Below, piece after piece: positions 37,086 to 48,689 of a stretch of DNA of 64,000 nucleotides. The stretch is from Lama guanicoe. Taxonomy: Eukaryota. The notes under the pieces were generated by a model. That model did no database searches. It had not been told where the DNA came from and saw only the letters and a list, made by a program, of their open reading frames with translations. The stretch spans positions 5,295,153-5,359,152 of the forward strand of contig MU057222.1 in the NCBI GenBank assembly GCA_013239625.1, written 5' to 3'. The position numbers and the translations under genes were made by a program. Position 1 is the stretch's first letter. Each line of letters opens with the position of its first letter.

Positions 37086-38699
37086 ACATGACCAAGAGAA
37101 CAACAAAATCATTTTACCAGGCATCAAAGAAAAGAAGCTAAGTATTTACTGGGATCTCAGGGAGGGAAATGAACTCCAATCCCCACTCCTTTTAGATTTG
37201 AACAGGATTGTCAAGAGCTGAAAAACTTCAAAGTATAACAAAACTGTGGCTCANNNNNNNNNNNNNNNNNNNNNNNNNNNNNNNNNNNNNNNNNNNNNNN
37301 NNNNNNNNNNNNNNNNNNNNNNNNNNNNNNNNNNNNNNNNNNNNNNNNNNNNNNNNNNNNNNNNNNNNNNNNNNNNNNNNNNNNNNNNNNNNNNNNNNNN
37401 NTAGAAGCAAAACACCCTCTGGCAATGAAAGTTAAAGATGCTTCTCCATGGAGGCACCAAGCCAGAGCCTAGGGGGCTGATCCCCAAGCCACTGCCAACT
37501 GCAGTCTAAGCAGTAATTTTCCTTCCCTCTACTCTCTTCTGGGAAGTCCTGGGAAATGTAGACGTCTCTAAGGCCTCCCAAGAGAGAAAAACAGTAATCT
37601 TTCCCTTGATGAACATTCCAACTCTCCTTGAAAGATCTTTTATTGACATGACTTTGAAAGGCTGCTGCAGAGGCGCTGGCCTTTGTGTCTGCACAGACAG
37701 GCAGAGAGGCAGGCAGGACAGATCCCCAGAACTTCCAGGGCTGGAAGACCAAATACTTTGCCTCTCTTTCCACTATCAACACTCCTTACCCTTCACTACC
37801 AGATCTCATAATTCTTCTTTGGTCCTAACCTTAAAGATGGTTCATTTACAAAAAAGGAGGGTAGGTGATACACCATTCCTAACTCTCTGTGGACTCGGGG
37901 GTGAGGGAGGCATTTGACTAGCCTCTGTTGGAAATTATGCTGACATGGTGGATATTTACGAGAAGGTATAGAGGAACCACTATCTTCTTTCAGCTCCAGA
38001 CTGACCTCTGCTTTCAGGGGGAGCTGCAGTGACAAGTTCTGCATTTCCTATTAGTTTCTTCATCTCCCAGGCCTGGGGGCTGCTAAACCAAACTAGAGAT
38101 CCCAGGCTGTGAGCTTGGAATGTCTGGAACCCCCAGGGGGAAGGTGTCCCAGCATGTACCCCAATGCCAACCACACTTCCCCAAAGATCTCAAAGCACTT
38201 TCCAAGGGTGATCTCATTTTCTAATAGGTGTTTATTTCAAAATGCCCACCCCTACTGTTAGTGATGATTCTCTTTTCCATGAACATCACTTTTGATTTTT
38301 TCATATATCTCATATAAGAATATCATATTGGCAACCGAGAGCTCAAGTACTAATTAGATTCCAGCACAATGGCTATGAAATTTAATAATGAGGCAGCAAG
38401 AAAATGACCATTCCAATTCTACTCTTTGAAAGAAAAATATGTAATGTGGGGCCCAGACATATATCATATGTGTGTGTCTGTCTGCCTGTCTCACAGTGTT
38501 GGTGCTGATGCAGTCTTCAGGACGTCCATTCCTTATCTGTGAAATGGAGATAGCACTTGCTTTATAAAGTTCTTATGATCTTACTGTAGTGCCTGGAAAC
38601 TAATAGGCATTTAATAAATGTTTGTTGAATAAATATGCGAATGGATGAACAAATGTAGTCTTTCTGGACTTGTTTCCTCATTCTAAACTTGCCATGATT

Positions 38700-39989
38700 G
38701 GGACCTAATCAAACTTATAAGCTTTTGCACAGCAAAGGAAATCATAAACAAAATGAAAAGACAACCTACAGAATGGGAGAAAATATTTGCAAATGGTACG
38801 ATCAACAAGGGCCTAATTTCTGAAATATACAAATAGCTCATACAGCTCAATACCAAAAACACAAACAGCCCAATCAAAAAATGGGCAGAAGACCTAAATA
38901 GACATTTCCCTAAAAACATCTAGATGGCCACAGGCACATGATAAGATGCTCAATATTGCTAACTATTACAGAAATGCAAATCAAAACTATAATGAGGTGT
39001 CACCTCATACCAGTCAGAAGGGTCATCATCAAAAAATCTACAAACAATAAATGCTGGAGAAGGTGCAGAGAAAAGAAGATCCTCCTTCACTTTTCGTAGG
39101 AATGCAAATTGGTGCAGCCACTATGGAGAACAATATGGAGGTTCCTTAAAAAACTAAAAATGGAGTTACCATATGATCCAATAACTCCACTAGGCATCCA
39201 CTGGGCATGCATCTGGAAAAGGTGAAAACTCTAATTCAAAAAGATACGTGAAGAGGGGAATGGTATAGCTCAAGTGGTAGGGTGCATGCTCAGCATGCAA
39301 GAGGTCCTGGGTTCAATCCCCAGTACCTCCTCCAAGTAGAAATTAATGAATAAAGCAAATTACCTCCCCCTCATTAAAAAAAAAGATACACGAATCCCAA
39401 TATTCATAGCAACATTATTTATAATAGTCNNNNNNNNNNNNNNNNNNNNNNNNNNNNNNNNNNNNNNNNNNNNNNNNNNNNNNNNNNNNNNNNNNNNNNN
39501 NNNNNNNNNNNNNNNNNNNNNNNNNNNNNNNNNNNNNNNNNNNNNNNNNNNNNNNNNNNNNNNNNNNNNNNNNNNNNNNNNNNNNNNNNNNNNNNTAAGT
39601 AAATTAAGTCAGAGAAAGACAAATATCATATATTACGTATGGAATCTAAAAAAAATTATACAAATGAACTTACTTACAAAATAGAAACAGACCCACAGGC
39701 ATATAAAACAAATTTATGGTTACCAAAGGGGAAAGGTGGGGGAGGGAAAATTAGAAATTTGGGATTAACAGATACACACTACTATATATAAAATAAATAA
39801 ACAACAAGGACCTATTGTATAGTACAGGGAACTATATTTAATATCTTATAATAACCTATAATGGAAAAGAATCTGATAAAAACTATACATATGACTGAAT
39901 CATTTGCTGTATACCAGAAACTAGCACAACATTGTAAATCAGCAATACTTCAATTAAAAATAATAATTTAAAAACCACCAAAAAAAAAA
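38700..39989 (+). mobile_element. 5'-truncated cetartiodactyl L1 (ORF2 end and 3' UTR; N gap 39430-39595), inserted in a MIR
   Basis: Clear L1 sequence (GGACCTAATCAAACTTATAAGCTTTTGCACAGCAAAGG...), A-tail, and TSD CTTGCCATGATT at 38688-38699 and 39991-40002. Confidence 0.92.
39253..39379 (+). mobile_element. Camelid-type tRNA-derived SINE nested in the L1
   Basis: A box (TAGCTCAAGTGG), B box (GGTTCAATCCC), A-rich tail and 15-bp TSD AAAAAGATAC..GAA. Confidence 0.85.
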
Positions 39990-40394
39990 CCTTGCCATGA
40001 TTAATTCACAAAGCAATCTGTAGGATTAAAGGACATCAAGATTTAAAAAAAAGTACTTTTTTTTGACACCTGAAACTCATGTAATGTTATATGTCAATCA
40101 TACTTCCACAAAAAGTAAATAAAATGCTTTTGAAAACTAAAAACTAAGTGTCACAATATAAGATTACTGTTCATGAGACTACTAGTATAGATGCCCAGGT
40201 ATATCAAAACCTCACGAGTGTATTTCTCTTCGTTCATCCTGTGGATGCTAGACAAGTTCCCAGTACTTATCAGGGAGGAATTCTGACCCTCTTGGTTCTA
40301 CAACTTGGTTTCTATGCACTACTCTCCTCTCCCTCATTAAAATTATTGGACATGAGTGCTTAAGGTTGGGGAGTTTCAGAACCTGATCAGATAG

Positions 40395-40640
40395 ATAGCA
40401 TGTGGGGGGAAGAGTACCAGTCCTGAAGTCAAATTGCCTAAAATTGCACCCTGATTCCACCATTTACTAAGGAACTTAACCCCACTATGTCTTAGTTCAT
40501 CCATCAACGGAGGTCACTAGTAGGATCTATTTCATAGGGTTGCCGTGAAGGTTAAATAAATAATACATGTACAGACGTGCCTTGCACATGGGAGAAACTC
40601 AATCAGTGTCACCTGTGACCACTGCTGGTGCTGTAATTAT
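40395..40640 (+). mobile_element. MIR
   Basis: CATAGGGTTGCCGTGAAGGTTAAATAAATAATACATGTA core/3' region. Confidence 0.7.
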
Positions 40641-40769
40641 GGTCCCTTCATTAATGGAGCTTGCTGTCCAGTGAATGAGACAGACCAGAGTGCAAAGCTG
40701 GAGAAATGACACAAGCATGAAACAAGTCACCAGTGGTATGCTATGGATGCAGAGACAGGGAACATCTTT

Positions 40770-41470
40770 ATTCACCATCCTCATCACCTTCTCTGTGTAG
40801 TCTCCAGTTTGTCACTGTTCCAACATACATAAAATTTTAAAATTATAATTAAGAATAATATCCCAGATTTCATTTGAGGAGCGCAGACCCTAATGTGTCT
40901 CCTGATGCTCACACAATGCTTCCATTAAAGCAGCTTGGTCTGTGGAGCCACAGCACATTGTTGGCTCAAATCAAATCTCTGGTTAAATAAGACCCCCCAG
41001 AGCCTTTTTCACATCAACTGCTGCCAAGGTACATGTTCTTCATCCTGTATTCTTATAATTCATTTTTGGACCTGAAAACAAGAGCTTGCATTTATCCTTA
41101 TTACATTTCATGTTGCTGGTTTTGGCCCAGCCCTGCAGCACATCAAGATAATGAATCTTGATTCTGTCAACTATCTTGTAACTTATTTCTGTCCCTTCCA
41201 GACTTGGATCCCTAGCACATTTGACCAGTATACCTACTACAACCTCATATAAGACACTGATAGAAATGTTGACCAAAACAAGGTTAAGTGAATAGCCCAC
41301 TATTTCAGTTGCAGAATCCTCTGTACACTTAAATGTGTCCACTAATCATTTAGGGTTATACTTTCTTAATTAGATTTGAATTCATTGAGTGGTACCCCTC
41401 TTTCACCAGTTTATTCAAAATGCCTTGTTGATATCAAGATACACTGGGTCTATGACACTGTTGGATATAA
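40770..41470 (-). mobile_element. CR1/L3 LINE, reverse-transcriptase C-terminal region
   Basis: ORF 41040-41342 translates to a degenerate CR1 RT: ...LVNISISVLYEVVVGILVKCARDPSLEG...DRIKIHYLDVLQGWAKTSNMKCNKDKCKLL, compared with CR1 LFNIFINDL..KFADDTKLGG..DRIKIQ.DLDRL..WA..N.MKFNKDKCKVLHLG. Confidence 0.85.
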
Positions 41471-41660
41471 TTTAAAATTTTTAATTTTCCTGGAGTGCTG
41501 TTATCTTCCTTACATTTGATGAGAATATTGATGTCTATATTGAGGTTATCAATAAAGAATATAGGGGATGTAGTTTAATAGATTACTTAAGGATAAATTT
41601 ATGCCATTTGATTATCACTCTTATAATGCCATTAAAATTAGGCTTTAATTTGAAGGATGC

Positions 41661-42070
41661 ATTTGTTAGGGTATGCTATCTGCTGTTAAAAAAAAATGGC
41701 CTCCCAAATCCCAGTGATTTAAGACAATAGAAATTTATTTCTCACTCACAAGAAGTCACATGACGTGTTCCTGATCAGCAGGCCGTTTTCCATGTGTCAT
41801 TCAGGAATTGTTTCTTCCATCTTGTGGCTTCACCCTTTTCTTGGTCCCTGGAGTTCTCTGTATTCAGCAGCTAATGGACAAAAAGAAGAGATCATTACAG
41901 GTGTGGTGTTTCTGTGGTCCAGGTCTGGAAGTAGTGCACACCATCTCTGCATATTTCACTGGTTAGAATTCAGTCACTGACCACCTCTGTCTGCATGGGA
42001 AGTTGAGAAATGCAGCACAATTATGTGCCCAGCAAAAAGAGGAAATCAGTGTGATGAACTTAGCTCTAAA
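41661..42070 (-). mobile_element. MLT1J/K-like MaLR LTR
   Basis: CCCAAATCCCAGTGATTTAAGACAATAGAAATTTATTTCTCACTCAC...CATATTTCACTGGTTAGAATTCAGTCAC. Confidence 0.7.
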
Positions 42071-43159
42071 ACAGATAGCTAACATAATTTAGGTGGGGCC
42101 CACATATTATTCTAGGTCAAGTATGGGACTCAATGTGCCAGTAGAGAAGTTTGATGGATCAAGATTTGTAAGAGCCAGGCTCTAATTCCTAGTCTACCAT
42201 TTATTGGGTAAATACAGACTTGGACAAGTCACAGAACTGTAGGATTTCTGGGTCCATGGAATCACCGTCTTAGTGCATTTCATCCATTGTTGAAACTCCT
42301 AGTCCTAGCCCAGTGCCTAGCAAGTAGTTGGTACAATAAATATTTGTTCAATTTTTACATAAATAAACAATAACCTTTTTGGACTTGTTTCCTTATTTCT
42401 AAATCTGCTCTACCTACCTTACAGGTTTTTGTTAAGATCATATGGGCTGTCTGTAAAAATGCTTTAAAATAAAAGACATTATAAAAACATGGAGTATAAT
42501 TATTACTCATGTTAAGACTACCAGTTGTGTTATATGCCATGGACTGCTCTCCTCTGCACTGTTTTCTCTTATTGTACACAGTAGAAAATAGATAAGCTCA
42601 AAAAAACCATTTAAGGGAAAGTTCTTCTGCACTTATACTTCTCCTATGACTTGAAGTCCAATCACCAATGCCCCTTCCCTGGTTAAATTTAAGAAGCAGG
42701 CATTGAGTGCCTGTTGGTTAGGACATGTTCCAAAATTTGGAGTAATACAAGGACTAAAATAACCCATACAAAAATAGATAAAAACACTGGTCTTTTAGCT
42801 GACGAGCCATACAACAGTTTTATTTGCCAGATAGTACTTGCTTAATTAATAAAAATGTTCAACAGAGAAAAATTAAAAATTTCATTGAAATCAATAGAAA
42901 TTATATTTAATTGGAGGCCAGGCTATAGATGATCTTACATGCAAGGACAAGGAAATAAGACTTTATGCAACAGGCCACATGAAGGCCATTAACTGCTAGT
43001 AAGCCTGGAAATCACATGGTCAAAGTGGTGTTTTAGAAAGCTGCATCTGAGAGATGGTATCTTAGACCACTTGGAGGGAAATGCATTAGAGGGCTACTGC
43101 ATTAGTCTTAGCATGAAAACTTAAGAGTATGGAAGAAAACATAAAGCACAGATGAAAGA

Positions 43160-44385
43160 ACTTCTGATTATGATAATACAGCAGGCTGACATAACTTGAA
43201 ATATCTTCTTTCAGGTATGCCGAGAATCACAGAATAAATTAGAACAAAAATAATTTTTAAGCAAAATTAAGATCATAGGAAAGAAGGGGAAATCATAGAA
43301 GGAGGAAGAATGAAATCAAGTAAGTTAGCAAGTGGACTGATACTCCATTTGCCCTCAGAATTGGAGTGAGTCACAGATCTTCATAACCCTTGGAACTTGG
43401 GTTTTAATGACCACAGCAGATAAACCTGCGCAAGATGGGGTAGAAATGAGACTCCCACATGAAGCCAAGACCCTTGTAGGCCTGAATATTGACCAGGAAA
43501 AAAAAATGTCCTAACCAGCACAGCAAGATAACATGAAAACTCATTTGTGGAAAAAAAAAAAATCTTTCCTGAGAATTGAAAACTCTGCACCTGGTCTACT
43601 CATGATTTTGTTTTTTTAAATTGCCCTACTGGAAATGGCCCAGAAACTTCCAAGCCAAGAAATTAATGTAAAAATTGGTCCCTGACTAGTAATATTTTGG
43701 GAGTGACTGGCAGAAACAATTACAAAAACACTCTAGAGAAACATTTCACAATCCAGAATACAGGTAGTTTCACAAAAATAAGCAAGCCCCACACGAGATG
43801 AGCTCACAATAAAAGAAATTACAAAACACTGAAGGGACAGATCCATCACAGTCAAGAGTTAATAGAAATTACAGACAACAGAATTCACCATCATCACCTC
43901 CCACCTCCCAGGGAACTGGGCCACTAAAACAACAATCTGAAAAAGAATGTAAAATAAGGATGCTTGGAATGATTAAAGACATTATTTTAAAAAAGAAAGG
44001 AAAAGAACTCCACAGAAGAAAGAAACAAAGAAAGAGAGAAAAGGGAAGGAAATAAAGGAAGGGAGAAAAGGCAGATTTAAAGAACCAAATAGGAAGTCTA
44101 GAAATAAAATACACAGTTATTAAAATTAAAAATTCATTGGATGGACAGTAGTCTAGACATCTCTGAAGAAGCATGAGTAAATGAGAAAGCCAAGCTAAGC
44201 AACATACCAGAATGCAGCCCAGAGAAATAACGAGATGGAAAATTTTCAAGGGAAGTTAAGATAGAAAAGTAAGCACAAGAGTGTTCAATGAAATCTAACA
44301 GGATTTCTAGAAATGGAAAGAGAAAGGGGGCAAGGTAATACTGGAAAAGGTAATGGTAAGAATTTCCTAATTCAGTTAAAAACAA
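43160..44385 (+). mobile_element. Old L1M 5' UTR/ORF1 fragment
   Basis: GATTTAAAGAACCAAATAGGAAGTCTAGAAATAAAA...AATTCATTGGATGGAC...CCAGAATGCAGCCCAGAGA, typical of L1M ORF1. Confidence 0.65.
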
Positions 44386-44450
44386 TGACTCTTCGCAGGG
44401 AAGCAGCAGATGTAACTTTGGGACGTATACGTCTTTGGGACATGTCCTAC

Positions 44451-44629
44451 CATCAAGCACCATTGGCGTCAGTTCTCTGGGGACTTAAGACCATCTTGAC
44501 AGAACTGTCATTAGCCAAATCAGATGGCTTTCGTCAGATGATGTACTGTTTAGTTTTGTTCTTTAAGGGATGGAGAGTGGCACTCATCTTGTCTATCTGT
44601 ATGAAGCACATGATTTCTCTTTGAAGCAT
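44451..44629 (-). other. Candidate non-coding exon downstream of the CpG island
   Basis: Minus-strand acceptor CCTCCCTTTCCTTTTATGCCTCAG|ATG and donor ATG|GTAGGA bound 179 nt of non-repetitive sequence. Confidence 0.35.
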
Positions 44630-45269
44630 CTGAGGCATAAAAGGAAAGGGAGGAATCCTGCTGCTCTGAACCTCCATTTGCGAGGATTCAGCCTGGGAGT
44701 GTGTAATAGGGGAATCGCATGAGGTGAGTGGACAGAGCTGGGGTGTGTATGTGCGTGTGTGCACTTCACTATAGCTCTCCACTCTCACGTACATGTGTAC
44801 GTGTACGAAGAGTTTTAAATACTTAAATGTACTGTCCTCTTTGCTGGGTCACGTCCTAGCCTGGAATTTGAGACTCTTCATAGGCTTTCGCCGATCTTAG
44901 ACCTCCATTAAGAGATTCTTGGACTTAATCCTATCTGGTCAGATACAATTCAGTTATTATTCCCTCCCTTTAAGGGAGATGTTTGGTTTGGGTTTTTGAT
45001 GTTGGTGGTGGTGTTTTTTAAAACAGAAAGCGACCTCTGCTTTCACTCCTTTTCCTTTAATAGGGACATCAAGGAGAAGGATTTACATTCCCATTGTCCA
45101 AGGCAGGCACCGTAAGCAGCAAGAATCAAGGACCAAAACCCCCAGAAAAAGGACATTTTTAAAAAGCAAAGTCCAATAACAGTTCCCAGGAAATAAAAAT
45201 AGAATCTCAATAATGAAATAAAGTCTGACCTTTTCTTTTTTCCTTTCCCTTTGTGCTTAGTCTAGTTTC

Positions 45270-45560
45270 ACTTGCTCACAGGGTGCCGCGTGCAGAGGCC
45301 TCCGAGACGACACTTCAGACCAGGGGTCCCTATGAAAAACGGCCGCGCGAACACCTGGGCTGGCGGGCTGCCTGCACGAGCGCTGTGCGCGACACTGCCG
45401 TTCAAGATGGCGGCGGGCCGTGCGCAGAGACGCTGCTCCTCGCGCGGCACTCTGGGGAGAACAGCACAGCTCCGCCCACCCCGTGAGCGCTCCGCCCCCT
45501 CCAAGCTGACAAGCACCCCATACAGCAGTCCTTTCGGGAAGAGCATGCGCTCTGGAGCGC
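45270..45560 (-). promoter_or_regulatory. CpG island / probable distal alternative promoter of CALD1
   Basis: This is the only strongly CpG-dense stretch in the window. YY1 CAAGATGGCGGC at 45403-45414, GC boxes CCGCCC at 45472-45477 and 45492-45497, NRF1-like GAGCATGCGC at 45541-45550 and TGCGCA at 45421-45426. The GC boxes and NRF1 site lie to the right of YY1, which suggests leftward (CALD1-sense) initiation. Confidence 0.7.
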
Positions 45561-46278
45561 TCCATTCTTTGATCAAAGAATAAAAGTTTCCTTTGCTTCT
45601 GAATCCAACTCGATCTTGTTCTATTGCAGGAGGACCCTTGCTGGGACCCAACTCGAAAGTCTCATTAACAGTATGATACCATATCTGGTCATTTCTCTCC
45701 ATTCCGGGGTTTTGAGTATGAGTAGCTCTTCTAGATTTCTGGTCAGCGTCTTGGTGGATTTTTTTTTTTTTCCTTTTAGTAGTAATGTCATCATTCAGCC
45801 AGAGGGCAGTTGTCAGTGTCGCCAAAACATTTCTGCATAGACTATGGCTCAAGGACTCTATCTGACCCCTCATTACAGGGACCCCAGCTGCGCTTTCGGG
45901 AGCCAGCTTTCAGAGGGCTGTACAGAGTTTCCAGTTTACATGCAGCACTCCACAGCCTAGAAGCTCACTCTCCTCTAAGCACCACACTGCCCGACAAGGG
46001 AAGCCGCACAGCACCCAGGAACACTGGCTTATCTCAAATGACATCCCCTTTTAATTCAGTAGTTTCCTCTGACAGGCTTGTTATATATCCCTACCTCCCA
46101 GCAGTGTTCAACCTCAGGCGGTCATGAAATTTTACAAAAAGTTTTGAATTCAACTTTAAACTCTCTTATGGCAACAGAATGGTGTGTAAATTAAGTCCCA
46201 GCAGCAATCCTGGGGACCGCATAGTACTTGGAATAAGTATATAAACTTGTTTCTGCTAAGAGCATCAAGTTCCACCTA

Positions 46279-46279
<1 letters not shown>

Positions 46280-46320
<41 letters not shown>
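46280..46320. repeat. (CA)20 microsatellite
   Basis: Directly visible. Confidence 0.95.
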
Positions 46321-46323
<3 letters not shown>

Positions 46324-48027
46324 AACATTCCTTTAGAAGTGTTTGCTATTTAAATAAGAGTACTGCGTGATATGCACACACTTACCAGATTATATGCATA
46401 TATGGTATTACCACCCAAGTTTAACTTCTAAGGTTTACTTGAGTATTTCAACCCTCTGCACTCAGTTATTCAAAAATGCTGAACGGTGTTTGTTACTGTG
46501 CAATGAGTTTTTCCATCAAGACCCTCCAAATAGACTAACATGTCTAAATTTTGAATTACGCCTTATGACAGGGTGACACATCAATATTAAGGCACTGAAA
46601 GAGATTTATTTATGCTGCATCTATTTGACATCAAATATCCTAATGAAAATCAAAACCAGCAAATCTCAAACACTAATTTTCTACATATCCAGGTGGTTGG
46701 CAATACATGAGGTGTCTGGATGGTACAAAATGATTTGCTCTTAAAAAATAAAATGAATACGTTTCCTCATGAATTTTGGAAAGAAATAAGAATATGGCCA
46801 CTTTGATATGATTTTAAGAAATAATTTTTATAGGAAACATTGTTTTATCTAATAATTATCTTTGGATACACAAAACTATAAGTGTGTCCATTTTCTATTT
46901 GAGTCCGCCTTCATGCTATGCAGGCTCAGGAATAATTTATTTTCCTGTGTAATAATCAGCTTCACTTCTGTAAGTCTCTGGTAATGTCATTGCTGCATAA
47001 TAGTAGTCTTTTAAATTTTAATAATTTGTTAATATAAATAATTTAATATATATTCTATACATGGCATTTTATAATATAATCTACCAAATTTATAATATAT
47101 AAATCATATAATATAAATTTAGTTTTATATAATTACTATGCCACTTAGTAATTATGTCATATAATTTGATATAATTTAGCAGACATTATTAAACATCTTG
47201 CATGTATATCACCTTAAAAGTTGTACAAAATCTAGTCCCTGACTTCAAGAAGTCTACAGTTTTATCAGAGAGGATTTGTGTTCTTCTGTGGTATCTAGAA
47301 GAGATGTTTTCCCCTAAACACCCTGGACTCTTGTCCTGGCCCTTATTCCTCCCTGTGGAGGAGTGAGTTACCCGGATGGAATTAACCGAGAACTGGCAGG
47401 GATATACCTCTGACATCATGCCCACTAGGGGTCCTGTGTCTTCTAAACCTGCCTGTGCCTGGGGAAGAGTCGGTCACATTCTGGGTTTTCATATATTACG
47501 AAGAATTTTGTTGCAGCACAACAAAGCACCTTTCTTCAGAACCAGTTTTATCAATAACGTAGTGTTGTTTTGATCTTATCTGCCATTCCTTCCTGTCTGT
47601 CCTTCGGTTCAGTACTCAGAGGGAGAGGAGAAGGGTGTAATTTCTTGGGGCCCCCTCCAATCTCAACAAGGATAAGACTGGTAACAGGTAATTATAATAT
47701 AAAGCACACTGTGATCAGTGCAGTGTGAGTTCCAACTTGGAGATGACCACTAACAAAGAGAACTCACTTCTGTCAAGAGAATTGCAAAGGGGCAGAATCA
47801 GAGCTGGGACATCCATGCTGAGGGCATCCTGCTTCAAAATTTCTTGTTATAATTTTGTAATATAGTATATAATTTAATCAGTAAATGTTGTTATCAATAA
47901 CTAAATCTATAAAGAAATAAATTTAGTTATTGATTGATTTTGAGTTAGGTTTTTTTTTTTCTTGCCACAGGCTATATAAAAGTTTAGCATGCGAATGTTT
48001 GGTGGTGGGGGAAAAAAAGAGAAAAAC

Positions 48028-48643
48028 CTTTCTCTTTTTGGCTTACTTCACTTAGAATGACGATCCCTAGGTCCATCCATGTTGCTGCAAATGGCATTAT
48101 TTTATTCTTTTTATGGCTGAGTAGTATTCCATTGTATAAATATGCCACAACTTCTTTATCCAGTCATCTGTCGATGGACATTTAGTCTGTTTTCATGTCT
48201 TGGCTATTGTATATAGTGCTGCTATGAACATTGAGGTGCATGCATCTTTTTGAATTAGAGTTTCCTCCGGATATATGCCCAGGAGTGGGATTGTTGGATC
48301 ATATGAGGAATCTAAAAAAAAAAAGAACACTATGATCTCATCTGCAAAACAAACAGACTTGCAGACATAGTAAACAATCTTATGATTATCAGAGGAAAGA
48401 GGGTGGGAAGGGATAAATTTGGGAGTTTGAGATTTGCAAATGTTAGCCACTATATATAAAAATAGATTAAAAAACAAATTTTTTTCTGTATAGCACAGGA
48501 AACTATACTCAATATCTTGCAATAACCTTAAATGAAAAAGAATATGAAAACAAATAAATGTGTATGTATATGCATGACTGGGACATTGTGCTGTACACCA
48601 GAAATTGACACATTGTAACTGACTATAATTCAATAAAAAAAAA
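48028..48643 (+). mobile_element. Young 5'-inverted (twin-primed) L1
   Basis: 48028-48305 is antisense L1 and 48306-48643 is the sense L1 3' UTR with AATAAA and A-tail; the junction is at CATATG. Confidence 0.85.
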
Positions 48644-48689
48644 CTGACGCAAAATAAAATTACAGATGTAGTTTGGGGTAAGGATACTA

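Noticed and set aside
39253-39330. tRNA-like sequence with A and B boxes
   Set aside because: It is the head of a SINE with an A-tail and TSD, not a tRNA gene.
45253-45873. Overlapping ORFs up to 201 aa across the CpG island
   Set aside because: Expected from stop-codon depletion in GC-rich DNA; low-information Ala/Arg/Pro-rich translations. The ATGGCGGC is explained by the YY1 motif.
48193-48633. 146-aa ORF ending in L1 ORF2-like residues (YDPTIPLLGIYPEE)
   Set aside because: A chimeric frame created by the L1 inversion junction, not a gene.
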